A stretch of 64,000 nucleotides of DNA from Dehalococcoidia bacterium (GTDB taxonomy: Bacteria; Chloroflexota; Dehalococcoidia; GIF9; AB-539-J10): NCBI GenBank assembly GCA_030612025.1, contig JAUWOR010000003.1, forward strand, positions 101,492 through 165,491, written 5' to 3'. Below, piece by piece: positions 9,109 to 18,993 of the stretch (positions within the stretch are counted from its first letter, which is position 1; each line of letters starts with the position of its first letter). The notes under the pieces are model-generated. The model did no database searches. It was not told the origin of the DNA and worked only from the letters and a program-made list of their open reading frames with translations. A program made the translations under genes and the position numbers.

Positions 9109-10800
9109 ATGCATAACTTTGATACAGATGTTCTAGTTATCGGCGGTGGTGGGGCTGGGGCAATGGCTGCCTACGAAGCTAGCAAACATGGCGTAACCGT
9201 AACTATGGTCTTAAAGGGGGTACCGGAACGCTGCGGAAGCACTATAATGGCGCCAGGAGCAATTGCAGGTGTTGGTGATTGGCATTTGCCCGGTGACAGT
9301 CGTGATGTTCATTTCCGAGATACTGTTAAAGGCGGCTCTTTTTTAAATGAGCAGCGACTTGTGCGAATACTTGTAGAAGAATCCCCGGATCTGATTCTGG
9401 AATTGGAAAGAATTGGAGCTTTATGGCAGCGTGAAAATGATGGTCAAAATTACTCCTTGCGTATTGACGGTGGCCACTCTTTCCACCGTTGTCCATTCCT
9501 AGAGGACCGCACCGGTCGTGAAATGCTTCGTACTCTAGTTGGTGAGCTTCGTAAACGTAATGTGAAGATTTTATCAAATGTAATTATTTTAAAACTTCTC
9601 AATAATGGCGATAAAATTGTTGGAGCCGTAGGCTTAGATATCGAAACTTGCGAGCCGGTTCTTTTACGAGCCAAAGCTATTATCCTAGCCTGTGGAGGTG
9701 CTGGTAACCTTTACTTAAACACCAGCAACCCGACAGGCATTACTGGTGATGGTTACGCTCTTGCCTTAAGTGCTGGCGCAGTAGTCATGGATATGGAGTT
9801 TGTTCAGTTCTACCCCTTAGGTTTTCTTTTCCCACATTCCTTAAGGGGTGCTCTAGCAGCTTTGCTTTATTATGTTCATCTGCGAAATAACAAAGGTGAA
9901 CGTTTTATGGAAAAATATGATGCCGCGCACCTGGAACTTTCAACCCGTGACAAAGTTGCCAGGGCCATCTATACTGAAATCAAAGAAGGTCATAGTGGCC
10001 CCCATGGTGGTATTTTTGCTGATATGACATACCATGAGCCTGGCTTTATTGCCAGGATGCAACCCGCCCTTTACAAAACTTATCAAAAGATCGGCATAGA
10101 TCCGGAGAAAGATTACCTTGAAGTTGCCCCCACCTGTCACTTCATCATGGGCGGGGTAAAAGTGGATGAAAATTGGCAAAGTGCTGTGCTGGGACTCTTC
10201 GTAGCAGGCGAAACTGCAGCGGGTATGCATGGAGCTAACCGTTTGAGTCAGAATGCTCTTGCTGAGCTCCTCGTGACAGGGGCACGTGCTGGTAAAGCTT
10301 CAGCAAAATTTGCGGCAAGTACCATTCAGTCTATTGTAGACCCTCGCGAAGCACTAGTTGCCACTGAACTGGCAAACCAGATGCTTGGTCGCGAGGAAGG
10401 TGTAAGACCCATAGACTTACGTAAACGTTTGCGCCAACTTATGTGGGAAAGGGTTAATGTTTTCCGGACAGAATCTGACTTGCGCAGTGCTCTAGAGGAG
10501 CTTAAAGAACTTGAATCAGAATTGGGGAAACAATCCTTAGACTTAAAGTCCAGGCATTATAACCAGGAGTTGGTACAGGGCCTTGAGAATTACTTTTTAG
10601 TGACAGTAGCCCAATGTGTAGCCACGGCAGCCTTAAACCGTACTGAGAGTCGGGGTGCCCATTACCGGGATGATTATCCTGAAACAGATAACCATAACTG
10701 GCTACAACATCTCGTCATACATGGAAGTGATGGCGGAATTAAAATGGAGAAAGTACCTGTAGACCTAAGGGAAATCAAGCCCGAGGAAGTAGGTTTATAA
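9109..10800 (+). CDS. SdhA/FrdA/TfrA-family FAD flavoprotein subunit (divergent active site)
   Basis: GGGGAG FAD motif, DRTGRE, HFIMGG, HGANRL, RTESRGAHYRDDYP; start placed at ATG 9109 (ORF track 9049). Confidence 0.9.
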   Translation: MHNFDTDVLVIGGGGAGAMAAYEASKHGVTVTMVLKGVPERCGSTIMAPGAIAGVGDWHLPGDSRDVHFRDTVKGGSFLNEQRLVRILVEESPDLILELERIGALWQRENDGQNYSLRIDGGHSFHRCPFLEDRTGREMLRTLVGELRKRNVKILSNVIILKLLNNGDKIVGAVGLDIETCEPVLLRAKAIILACGGAGNLYLNTSNPTGITGDGYALALSAGAVVMDMEFVQFYPLGFLFPHSLRGALAALLYYVHLRNNKGERFMEKYDAAHLELSTRDKVARAIYTEIKEGHSGPHGGIFADMTYHEPGFIARMQPALYKTYQKIGIDPEKDYLEVAPTCHFIMGGVKVDENWQSAVLGLFVAGETAAGMHGANRLSQNALAELLVTGARAGKASAKFAASTIQSIVDPREALVATELANQMLGREEGVRPIDLRKRLRQLMWERVNVFRTESDLRSALEELKELESELGKQSLDLKSRHYNQELVQGLENYFLVTVAQCVATAALNRTESRGAHYRDDYPETDNHNWLQHLVIHGSDGGIKMEKVPVDLREIKPEEVGL

Positions 10801-10801
10801 T

Positions 10802-12328
10802 GTGCAAAAGGGTAAAGTAACTATCTTACGCTATAACCCGGAAATAGATGGGCAACCCCATTATGGAACTTATGAGTTTCCTTTTGAGCCGGACATGAGC
10901 GTTTTGGACGTAGCCTTTTATATATATGAAAAAATTGACGGAACATTTAGTTTTAGTTACTGCTGCCGCAATAGCCACTGTGGACTCTGTGGGGCAAAAA
11001 TCAATGGGAAACCCGGCCTTATGTGCCGGGAAGCTGCCACGCAAGAAATGACCCTGGAGCCACTGGATAACCTCCCTGTAATCCGTGACTTGATGGTTGA
11101 CCGGCAGGAATACGAAAACCGCAAAGATAGCCTGCGTTTATTCTTAGACCGGGTAAATGTTCCCGCCAAACAGCCGGAAAAAATCGACCTTGAAGACTTA
11201 GAAAACTTTAAAGTAGCCAGCCGCTGCGTAGAATGCTACTGTTGCGTTTCCAGTTGTCCGGTATTGTATGAAAACAAACATGAATATTTAGGTCCGGCAG
11301 GTATGGTACAGTTGGCCAGACATGCCTTTGACCCGCGTGACGAACTGAACCGTGATGTAGTAGCCTACAGCAGTGGATTGTATAACTGTACTACTTGTGG
11401 TAAATGTACTGAAGTCTGTCCGCATAGTATTGCACCAGCAGAAATTATCCAGCTTTTACGCGCAAAGCTGGTGGCTAATGGCAGGGCCCCACGGGCTGTT
11501 AACCAATTAATAGAGATGGTTAAAGATAGCCAAAAATCCTTCCGACCGCCTAAAGGCAAGAAATCCTTCTTGGAGCAAAATGCTAATGCAAGTGCTACGA
11601 AAGTCGGGCTCTTTGTTGGCTGCGTTATTGATTATGATGTTCGTCTAATGCCTATTGCTACAGCTGCTGTTAAGGTACTGCAAAATTTGGGTATAGAAAT
11701 AGCCATTCCGCCTGAACAGGTTTGCTGCGGTATTCCCTTAAAAGAAGTTGGAGCTCACGAACAAATAAGGGAGCTAGTTACTAAAAACGTAGAAGCTTTT
11801 AAAAAAGCAAGCTGCAAGCAGGTAATAACAATTTGTAGCAGTTGTGGCCTAAGTGCTAAAAAAATTTGGCCAGAAATTTACCAAAAAACTACAGGCAATG
11901 GATTGCCTTTTGAGGTAAAAGATTTTTGTGAGTTCCTGGTAGAGAATTCTTTATCTCTAGAAGGTTTGCCAGGCCTTAAATTAAAGGCTACTTATCACGA
12001 TCCCTGTTCGCTTAAACGGGGTCAGGGCGTATATGAAGAGCCGCGTCAAGTGCTTCGAGCTATTCCTGATTTGGATTTTGTAGAAATGCCTGAAGCTGAC
12101 TACTGCTGCGGTGGCGGCGGCGGTTTGCGGTTAACAAATCTAGAAATCTCGCAATGCATTTTAAAGCGTAAAATGTCCTTTTTAAAAGACATGGATGTAG
12201 AGGCTATTGTTACCTGCTGCCCTACATGCATTAAACAGCTAACAGTAGGTCTGTCTAAGCAGCGTCTCCGTAGTATTAAGGTCTTGCACCCAGCTACTCT
12301 AGTGGCGCAGGCGATGGGATTAATCTAA
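10802..12328 (+). CDS. SdhB-like Fe-S subunit fused to two CCG (HdrB/HdrD-like) domains; TfrB-like
   Basis: CCRNSHCGLC [2Fe-2S], CVECYCCVSSCP, CTTCGKCTEVCP, CCG...CSSC, HDPC...CCGGGGG...CPTC. Confidence 0.9.
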   Translation: MQKGKVTILRYNPEIDGQPHYGTYEFPFEPDMSVLDVAFYIYEKIDGTFSFSYCCRNSHCGLCGAKINGKPGLMCREAATQEMTLEPLDNLPVIRDLMVDRQEYENRKDSLRLFLDRVNVPAKQPEKIDLEDLENFKVASRCVECYCCVSSCPVLYENKHEYLGPAGMVQLARHAFDPRDELNRDVVAYSSGLYNCTTCGKCTEVCPHSIAPAEIIQLLRAKLVANGRAPRAVNQLIEMVKDSQKSFRPPKGKKSFLEQNANASATKVGLFVGCVIDYDVRLMPIATAAVKVLQNLGIEIAIPPEQVCCGIPLKEVGAHEQIRELVTKNVEAFKKASCKQVITICSSCGLSAKKIWPEIYQKTTGNGLPFEVKDFCEFLVENSLSLEGLPGLKLKATYHDPCSLKRGQGVYEEPRQVLRAIPDLDFVEMPEADYCCGGGGGLRLTNLEISQCILKRKMSFLKDMDVEAIVTCCPTCIKQLTVGLSKQRLRSIKVLHPATLVAQAMGLI

Positions 12329-12346
12329 AACGAGGTGATTTTAAAG

Positions 12347-12487
12347 ATGGCTAAAATTGATTTGACCTTAGCTAGTGGTGATTATGACAGGGTCCGCCTC
12401 TTGTGGGACAGCGCTGTAAATGCCGAAGGTTTAAACTTAAATGCTATTTTATTGCCGGTTGAGGAGATTTTTCCACAAAATTCATAA
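12347..12487 (+). pseudogene. N-terminal fragment of a 4,5-dihydroxyphthalate decarboxylase-like (periplasmic-binding-fold) protein
   Basis: SD gaggtg; MAKIDLTLASGDYDRVRLLWDSAVNAEGLNLNAILLPVEEIF then stop; resembles the LTLAxGDYDR...EG...PxEIF start of that family. Confidence 0.6.
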
Positions 12488-12610
12488 TAGCGCCCTTATT
12501 TGATTGCTTTTTAATTACCCTTCTGTTAACCTTTTAGAGAAAGGAGGGGTGATGCTATGTAGGAGTATAATAAAGGTGAAAAGAGCTAGGAGACTTAAAT
12601 CTGAAAGGAG

Positions 12611-13942
12611 GTGAATCAATTGAAAAACAAAATATTGTTACTTTGCATGGCGTTCATATTAGTGGCGGCCTTTGCCCTTCCTGGTTGTGTGCCTGAAGTT
12701 GCTCCACCAGAGGAAGAGGAGGAAGAGGAAGAAGTGGAGGCAGTGAAAATCGGAGCGATATATCCGCTTACTGGATCATTAGCGGCTATTGGGACAGACA
12801 TCAAGCATGCTGTGGAGTTAGCCGCAGATATCGTCAACAATTCCTATAACATTGACCTGCCCTTTGCCAGAGGCGAGGGGCTGCCGGGGTTGGGCGGTGC
12901 GCCGATCGAGGTAGTGTTCGCTGACTCCAAAGGCTCGCCCGAAACCGGCTTGGCAGAGGCTGAGCGGCTGATCGAGATGGAAGGTGTAGTAGCATTGATC
13001 GGAGCTTATCAGAGCTCGGTTACCGAAACAGCAAGCTTCGCCGCCGAGCGATTAGCGATACCTTACCTTAACCCAGAGTCAACTTACCCCGGGCTCACTG
13101 ATCGTGGCTTCAAATGGTTCTTCCGTAATACCCCTCATGACTATACATTCTCCGAGACTTTTTTCAAATTCCTCGAAGACCTGAAGGAGAAGGAAGGGCT
13201 CGACCATAGCGAAATAGAGAATGTGGCTATTCTTTATGAGGATACTCTCTTTGGCGTGGGTGTAGCAGATGCTGAGAAAGACTTAATTGCGGAAAAGTAT
13301 CCTGCCGGCGCTGAATATAAGATTGTGGCTGACATAGCTTACGCTCACGAAGCTGCCAGCGTAACCAGTGAGGTGATGAAGCTCAAAGCTGCTAACCCTG
13401 ACATAGTGTTTCAGGCATCCTACCTCTCAGATGCGTTGTTGTTCCAGAAGGAGTTCAAGGCATTAGACTTCAACCCTAAAGCTATCCTAGCCATGGATGC
13501 TGGCCACATACACCCTGATTTTGTTGGCACGCTTGGTGCCGATGCCAACTACATCTTCACTCGTGACGTATGGAGCTTGGATTTGAGTGCGATAAATCCG
13601 CTGATAGGAATCGTTAATGACATGTACCACGAGCGCTACGGAAAGAATATGGACGGCACCACTGCGCGCAGTTTCACCGGGTTAATGACGATCGCTGATG
13701 CTATCAACCGCGCAGGCTCAACAGAGCCAGAAGCAATCAGGGAGGCTTTAGTCGAAACTGATATTCCGGCCGACCAGCTCATCATGCCCTGGAGAGGTGT
13801 TAAGTTTGATGAAACTGGCCAGAACATGTATGGGGAAGGTGTCATCTCTCAGATAATTGACGAGTCATGGCATACAGTATATCCATCTGAGTTTGCCCTT
13901 AGAGACTGGGTCTACCCACAGCCAACCTGGGCGGAAAGATAA
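12611..13942 (+). CDS. livK: Branched-chain amino acid-type ABC transporter substrate-binding lipoprotein
   Basis: Lipobox LPGC, poly-Glu linker, KIGAIYPLTG, GAYQSSVT. Confidence 0.88.
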   Translation: MNQLKNKILLLCMAFILVAAFALPGCVPEVAPPEEEEEEEEVEAVKIGAIYPLTGSLAAIGTDIKHAVELAADIVNNSYNIDLPFARGEGLPGLGGAPIEVVFADSKGSPETGLAEAERLIEMEGVVALIGAYQSSVTETASFAAERLAIPYLNPESTYPGLTDRGFKWFFRNTPHDYTFSETFFKFLEDLKEKEGLDHSEIENVAILYEDTLFGVGVADAEKDLIAEKYPAGAEYKIVADIAYAHEAASVTSEVMKLKAANPDIVFQASYLSDALLFQKEFKALDFNPKAILAMDAGHIHPDFVGTLGADANYIFTRDVWSLDLSAINPLIGIVNDMYHERYGKNMDGTTARSFTGLMTIADAINRAGSTEPEAIREALVETDIPADQLIMPWRGVKFDETGQNMYGEGVISQIIDESWHTVYPSEFALRDWVYPQPTWAER

Positions 13943-13963
13943 ACCCAAAGGAGCGAAAGGGGA

Positions 13964-14008
13964 GGGGAAACGGGGCTGAGTTTGGGTCTCTCCGTTTCCC
14001 CATCTTAT
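13964..14008 (+). terminator. Stem-loop after the SBP gene (terminator or mRNA stabiliser)
   Basis: ggggaaacgg ... ccgtttcccc followed by atcttatt. Confidence 0.55.
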
Positions 14009-14048
14009 TAAAATGACTGCTTGATTAAATTTTTGCCTTCCTAAGAAG

Positions 14049-14930
14049 ATGTCAGAGCTATATATACAGGTGGTAATAGAGGGTTTGTTATGGGGAGCTA
14101 TATATGCCTTAGTAGCTGTAGGTTTGAGCTTAATATGGGGCGTCATGGGCATACTCAACCTGGCACATGGCGATTTCTTGATGCTGGGTATGTTTGGTGC
14201 TTATTGGTTAGCTATCCTCACAGGCATTGACCCACTTATCGGGCTTCTGATTGTCACCCCGGCGATGTTCATATTGGGGCTGGGCATTTACAAGTCTCTC
14301 ATTACCAGGATAGTTAAAGCACCGAGATTGACAGCGCTACTGGCTACCTTCGGGTTGGGCATATTCCTGCGAAATTTAGCCCATTTTCTCTGGAGGGCAG
14401 ACTATAGGATGCTAGGGGACACATTGGTAGGCGACCGGGTAATAACAGTAAGTATTTTAGGCGGGACAAACTTCATTAGTGTGCCTAAATTGCTTGCTGC
14501 TGGTGGTAGTTTAGCCGCCACTGCTTTACTATACTGGTTCATTAAACACACCAAGACTGGCCGTGCCCTCCAGGCAACGGCGATGAACAGACAAGCTGCT
14601 GCTTTGATGGGGATAGATACTGAACGCATGTATATGCTAGCGTACGGCCTCGGTATAGCCTGCGTTGGTGTGGCAGGAACGCTTCTGACGAATTTTTTTA
14701 TCATATTTCCCGAAGTAGGCATTATGTTTGTCTTGTTTGCCCTGGTAGCAGTGACGATTGGTGGCTTTGGTAGCATCCATGGCGCGCTTATAGGTGGGTT
14801 AATAATCGGGCTCATAGAGAGCGTAGGTGGCTTCGTGGGGATACCAGCGCTTAAACAGGCGCTAGTATTTGCCGTCTTTGTGATTGTTGTAGTGCTCCGT
14901 CCTCGAGGTTTATTCGGATGGGCAGATTAA
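14049..14930 (+). CDS. livH: ABC transporter permease, LivH-like
   Basis: GLSLIWGVMGILNLAHG, TKTGRALQA, GGFGSIHG, RPRGLFG. Confidence 0.9.
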   Translation: MSELYIQVVIEGLLWGAIYALVAVGLSLIWGVMGILNLAHGDFLMLGMFGAYWLAILTGIDPLIGLLIVTPAMFILGLGIYKSLITRIVKAPRLTALLATFGLGIFLRNLAHFLWRADYRMLGDTLVGDRVITVSILGGTNFISVPKLLAAGGSLAATALLYWFIKHTKTGRALQATAMNRQAAALMGIDTERMYMLAYGLGIACVGVAGTLLTNFFIIFPEVGIMFVLFALVAVTIGGFGSIHGALIGGLIIGLIESVGGFVGIPALKQALVFAVFVIVVVLRPRGLFGWAD

Positions 14931-15928
14931 AACCACTGATGGTAAGACAACCGAGGATTTTCTGGCGTAAAAACTATATCTTTATTGTTGCTTTCGCATT
15001 GCTTTTAGCGCTTCCATTTATATTTACCGCCCACTTTCAACATCATGTAATGATAAAGGTGCTAATGTTTGCTTTTCTGGGCTGTGCCTGGAACATTATT
15101 GGCGGGTACACCGGTCAGGTAGCGCTCGGCCATGCGGCCTTCTTCGGCATAGGTGCCTATACCTCCTCTCTCTGCTACATCTGGTTCGGACTGAACCCTT
15201 GGTTTGGTATGTTCTTAGGTGGCATTCTTGCTGTCGCTGTCTCTGCGGTTATTAATTACCCCTGCTTCAGACTTCACGGGCGCTATTTTGCTATCGCTAC
15301 CTTAGCCCTTGGGATGATAATAAGATTACTCTTTACGAACTGGAGGTTAGTAGGAGGTGCTCTAGGTGTGCGGTTGCCACTGTTACCAGAATCGCTTTGG
15401 AATTTCCAGTTTCATACTACCAAATTGCCATATTATTATATTGCCCTGGTATTCTGTGCCTTGATTTTTGCTATTCTCTATAAGATAGAACGCTCGAAGC
15501 TCGGCTTCTATTTAAGAGCGATAAAAGAATCGGAGGAGGCAGCCAGAAGTTTAGGTATCGATGTAGCCAAGTATAAACTTGCGGCTATGTCAATCAGTGT
15601 TTTTTTCACTGCTATGGCCGGCACCCTCTATGCCCAGTATGTACTTTACATAGACCCCATCAGTCTCATGCCGCTGATGACCTCAATTCTGATCTGCGTG
15701 GTGCCTGTCCTTGGTGGCGCAGGCACTCTCTGGGGACCAGCGCTGGGGGCACCAATCCTATTGATAGCAATAGAGTATTCTCGTGCTTGGCTAGGTGGTG
15801 GTGGGCGTGGGATTGACTATATGATTGTTGGTGCTATCATGGTCGCAATCATATTCCGCCCTGGTGGATTAACCAGCTTTTTCCAAGGGCCTAGATTCCG
15901 CCAATGGTGGGGAAGGATAAGGGGATGA
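14918..15928 (+). CDS. livM: ABC transporter permease, LivM-like
   Basis: GGYTGQVALGHAAFFGIGAY, YFAIATLA, LGGAGTLWGP. Confidence 0.9.
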   Translation: MGRLKPLMVRQPRIFWRKNYIFIVAFALLLALPFIFTAHFQHHVMIKVLMFAFLGCAWNIIGGYTGQVALGHAAFFGIGAYTSSLCYIWFGLNPWFGMFLGGILAVAVSAVINYPCFRLHGRYFAIATLALGMIIRLLFTNWRLVGGALGVRLPLLPESLWNFQFHTTKLPYYYIALVFCALIFAILYKIERSKLGFYLRAIKESEEAARSLGIDVAKYKLAAMSISVFFTAMAGTLYAQYVLYIDPISLMPLMTSILICVVPVLGGAGTLWGPALGAPILLIAIEYSRAWLGGGGRGIDYMIVGAIMVAIIFRPGGLTSFFQGPRFRQWWGRIRG

Positions 15929-16671
15929 AGCTTCTACAAGTGAAGGGTTTGACCAAAAAGTTTGCTGGCCTGGTGGCTAATGATTCTCTAGACCTGGAGA
16001 TAGATCAAGGTGAGATTGTGGGCTTAATTGGGCCTAATGGTTCTGGCAAAACTACTTTTTTCAACTGCATCTGCGGCGTCTACCCCGTGACCAAAGGCTC
16101 TGTCAGATTTGAGGGGAGGGAGATAACTAATTTTCCGGCGCACAAAATCTGCAAAGGGGGCATCGCCAGAACCTTTCAATTGGTGAATACCTTGATGAAC
16201 ATGACAGCGTTGGAAAACGTGATGGTAGGCGCTTTTTGTCGAACTACAAACACCAATAGGGCAAGAGAAATCGCCGAAGAGCTACTAGCGTTTGCTGGCC
16301 TCCCAGAAAAGAAAGATATTCTTGGCGGCAGTCTAACTATTGCCGATAAGAAGCGACTTGAAGTTGCCAGAGCTTTGGCTACAAAACCAAGGCTCTTGCT
16401 TTTAGATGAAGCTATGGCAGGCTTGAACCCTACAGAGCAGAAGGAGGCTGTAGAGCTGATCCGGAGAATACAGCGAGAAGGGATCACCTTACTGGTGGTG
16501 GAACATGTAATGCAGGTAATCATGCCGCTATGTGAGCGTGTAGTGGTGCTTGATGCTGGCAAAAAGATCGCCGCAGATGTGCCAGAGAGGATAGCTAACG
16601 ACGAAAGGGTAATTAAAGCCTACTTGGGAGCGAGGTATTATGCCAAAAGAGCCACTCCTAGAAGTGAATAA
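15925..16671 (+). CDS. livG: ABC transporter ATPase, LivG-like
   Basis: GPNGSGKTT, ARTFQ, LLLLDEAMAGLN, VIKAYLG. Confidence 0.9.
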   Translation: MKLLQVKGLTKKFAGLVANDSLDLEIDQGEIVGLIGPNGSGKTTFFNCICGVYPVTKGSVRFEGREITNFPAHKICKGGIARTFQLVNTLMNMTALENVMVGAFCRTTNTNRAREIAEELLAFAGLPEKKDILGGSLTIADKKRLEVARALATKPRLLLLDEAMAGLNPTEQKEAVELIRRIQREGITLLVVEHVMQVIMPLCERVVVLDAGKKIAADVPERIANDERVIKAYLGARYYAKRATPRSE

Positions 16672-17359
16672 TATAGAGGTTCGTTATAACGAAATCCCAG
16701 CTATTTTTGACGCCTCGTTTAAAATCGAGGCGGGGCAGATTGTAGCCTTAGTCGGGTCTAATGGTGCCGGCAAGACTACCATACTAAGAACTATATCGGG
16801 GTTGCTACACAACACTAAGGGCGAAATAAAGTTCTTAGGCAGCAAAATCGATGGACAATTGCCGCACCATATTGCCGCTTTGGGCATCTCACATGTCCCG
16901 GAAGGGCGTGGGCTTTTTGGTAAGCTTACAGTAGTAGAGAACCTCTTACTCGGTGCCTACACGCGAAAGTCTGAACTAGAAATAACGGAGACTTTAGAAG
17001 AGGTATTCCAACTATTTCCCATTTTAAAGGAAAGAACAAGCCAAAAAGCGGAGACGATGAGCGGCGGTGAACAGCAGATGTTAGCCGTAGCTCGTGGATT
17101 GATGCCCAGGCCAAAACTCTTGATGCTTGACGAACCCTCGCTAGGGTTAATGCCCACAATGGTGGATAAAGTTATTGATGTCATAAAAATAATCAGCAAA
17201 AGGGGGACTACCATTTTGTTGGTAGAGCAGGCAGTTCGAGATGCCCTAGAACTAGCAGATAAGGCATACGTGTTGCAAAACGGGCGAACAGTGCTGGAAG
17301 GAACGGGCGAGGAACTCTTAAATAGTGGCCTGGTGAAAAAGGCTTACCTAGGAATATGA
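16640..17359 (+). CDS. livF: ABC transporter ATPase, LivF-like
   Basis: GSNGAGKTT, VPEGR, MSGGEQQML, LDEPSLGL. Confidence 0.9.
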   Translation: MPKEPLLEVNNIEVRYNEIPAIFDASFKIEAGQIVALVGSNGAGKTTILRTISGLLHNTKGEIKFLGSKIDGQLPHHIAALGISHVPEGRGLFGKLTVVENLLLGAYTRKSELEITETLEEVFQLFPILKERTSQKAETMSGGEQQMLAVARGLMPRPKLLMLDEPSLGLMPTMVDKVIDVIKIISKRGTTILLVEQAVRDALELADKAYVLQNGRTVLEGTGEELLNSGLVKKAYLGI

Positions 17360-17413
17360 TAGGGAACCAAGTGGCTGGATGTTGACTAAATACTTGAAGA
17401 GGAGGATTTTATA

Positions 17414-18187
17414 ATGGCGAAGATTGATTTGAATTGCGATATGGGTGAAAGCTTTGGCGCTTATAAGTTAGGTTTTGATGAGGAAATAATCAAGTATGTG
17501 AGTTCAGCTAACATCGCCTGTGGCTTTCATGCCGGTGACCCAGTGGTGATGCAGCGGACAATAAGGCTGGCAAAGACATATGGAGTAAAGGTAGGGGCAC
17601 ATCCTGGCTATCCAGACTTGCTGGGCTTTGGCAGAAGGAATATGGCAGTGGCAGCTACGGATGTGAAAGGTTACCTTGTTTATCAAATTGGTGCCTTGCA
17701 AGCTTTTGCCCGAGTTGAGGGCCTAGAACTGCAACATGTCAAACCACACGGCGCTTTATATAACATGGCAGTCAAGGACCCTAAATTAGCTCAGGCCATC
17801 GCAGAGGCGGTTAGGAGTTTAGGTAAAGGGCTGATTCTGGTTGTTCTAGCTGGATCAGCATGGGTTAATATAGCGAAAGAGCAGGGGCTAAGGGTAGCTG
17901 GCGAAGCTTTTGCCGACCGCGCTTATTCTGCTGATGGAAGCTTAGTGCCACGTAGCCAGCCAGGTGCAGTAATAAAAGATAAAAGGGAAGTGGCTGAACG
18001 AGTGATTCGCATGATAGAAGAAGGCCGGGTAAAAGCTATCACCGGTGAAGACGTCACCATTAAGGCAGATACGATTTGCCTCCATGGCGACTCTCCAGGT
18101 GCACTGGAGCTGGCTATACATCTGCGAAGTGCGCTAGGAGACAGAGGCATTAAGGTAGTGCCTCTAGAGGAGATAGTGAAGAAATGA
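17414..18187 (+). CDS. pxpA: 5-oxoprolinase subunit A (LamB/YcsF)
   Basis: DLNCDMGESFG, NIACGFHAGD, HVKPHGALYN, FADRAY, ICLHGD. Confidence 0.95.
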   Translation: MAKIDLNCDMGESFGAYKLGFDEEIIKYVSSANIACGFHAGDPVVMQRTIRLAKTYGVKVGAHPGYPDLLGFGRRNMAVAATDVKGYLVYQIGALQAFARVEGLELQHVKPHGALYNMAVKDPKLAQAIAEAVRSLGKGLILVVLAGSAWVNIAKEQGLRVAGEAFADRAYSADGSLVPRSQPGAVIKDKREVAERVIRMIEEGRVKAITGEDVTIKADTICLHGDSPGALELAIHLRSALGDRGIKVVPLEEIVKK

Positions 18188-18969
18188 CACTAAACCTTGA
18201 AACGCCGAAGGAAATACGGGCAAGCATTCGCAGAGGTGAATGGACTAAGTCCACCCATGGGTTAGCTCCGGGATATGTTCAAGCGAACCTAGTAGTTTTG
18301 CCTCAGAAACTAGCTTTTGAATTCTTGCTTTTTTGTCAGCGTAATCCTAAACCATGCCCAGTACTGGATGTCACCGAAGTCGGTGATCCAGAGCCTAAAC
18401 TGGTGGCACCAGGAGCAGATTTACGTACTGATATACCAAAATACCGTGTTTATGAGTATGGCGAGTTGAAAAGGGAAGCGACTGATATTCGCCCATTCTG
18501 GCAATCAGATTCTGTTGCCTTCCTCTTAGGCTGCAGCTTGACCTTCGAAGCAGCACTCTTACAGGCAGGAATACCCCTCCGACATATCGAGGAGGGAAAA
18601 ATCGTGCCCATGTATATTACCAACATCCCTTGCCAGCCCGCCGGACGATTCCAGGGCCCAATGGTAGTGACCATGCGTCCTATACCGGAAAAGCGTGTTG
18701 TTCAGGCAATACAGATCACGGCACGGTATCCCAAGGTGCATGGCGCACCGATACATATCGGCAAGCCAGAGTCCATCGGCATCAGTAATCTCAGTCAGCC
18801 TGATTTTGGCGATGCTATCAGAATAGAGCCTGACGAGGTGCCCTTATTCTGGGCTTGCGGTGTTACTCCACAAGCTGTAGCACAAAATGCTAAATTGCCT
18901 TTGCTGATCTCACATGCACCGGGACACATGTTCATTACCGACATACTTAATGAGGAGCTGTCTTTTTGA
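18184..18969 (+). CDS. DUF1445/YcsI putative hydro-lyase (D-glutamate cyclase family)
   Basis: FCQRNPKPCPVL, DLRTDIPKY, GCSLTFE, HGAPIHIG, FWACGVTPQ, SHAPGHMF. Confidence 0.9.
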   Translation: MTLNLETPKEIRASIRRGEWTKSTHGLAPGYVQANLVVLPQKLAFEFLLFCQRNPKPCPVLDVTEVGDPEPKLVAPGADLRTDIPKYRVYEYGELKREATDIRPFWQSDSVAFLLGCSLTFEAALLQAGIPLRHIEEGKIVPMYITNIPCQPAGRFQGPMVVTMRPIPEKRVVQAIQITARYPKVHGAPIHIGKPESIGISNLSQPDFGDAIRIEPDEVPLFWACGVTPQAVAQNAKLPLLISHAPGHMFITDILNEELSF

Positions 18970-18993
18970 TCTGAAGGAGGGTGAAGGGATACT

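Noticed and set aside
12347-12365. MAKIDL start shared by the truncated gene and pxpA
   Set aside because: Only six codons, and each fits its own family; probably coincidence
12707-12733. GAG/GAA run
   Set aside because: Encodes a poly-Glu lipoprotein linker; not a separate element
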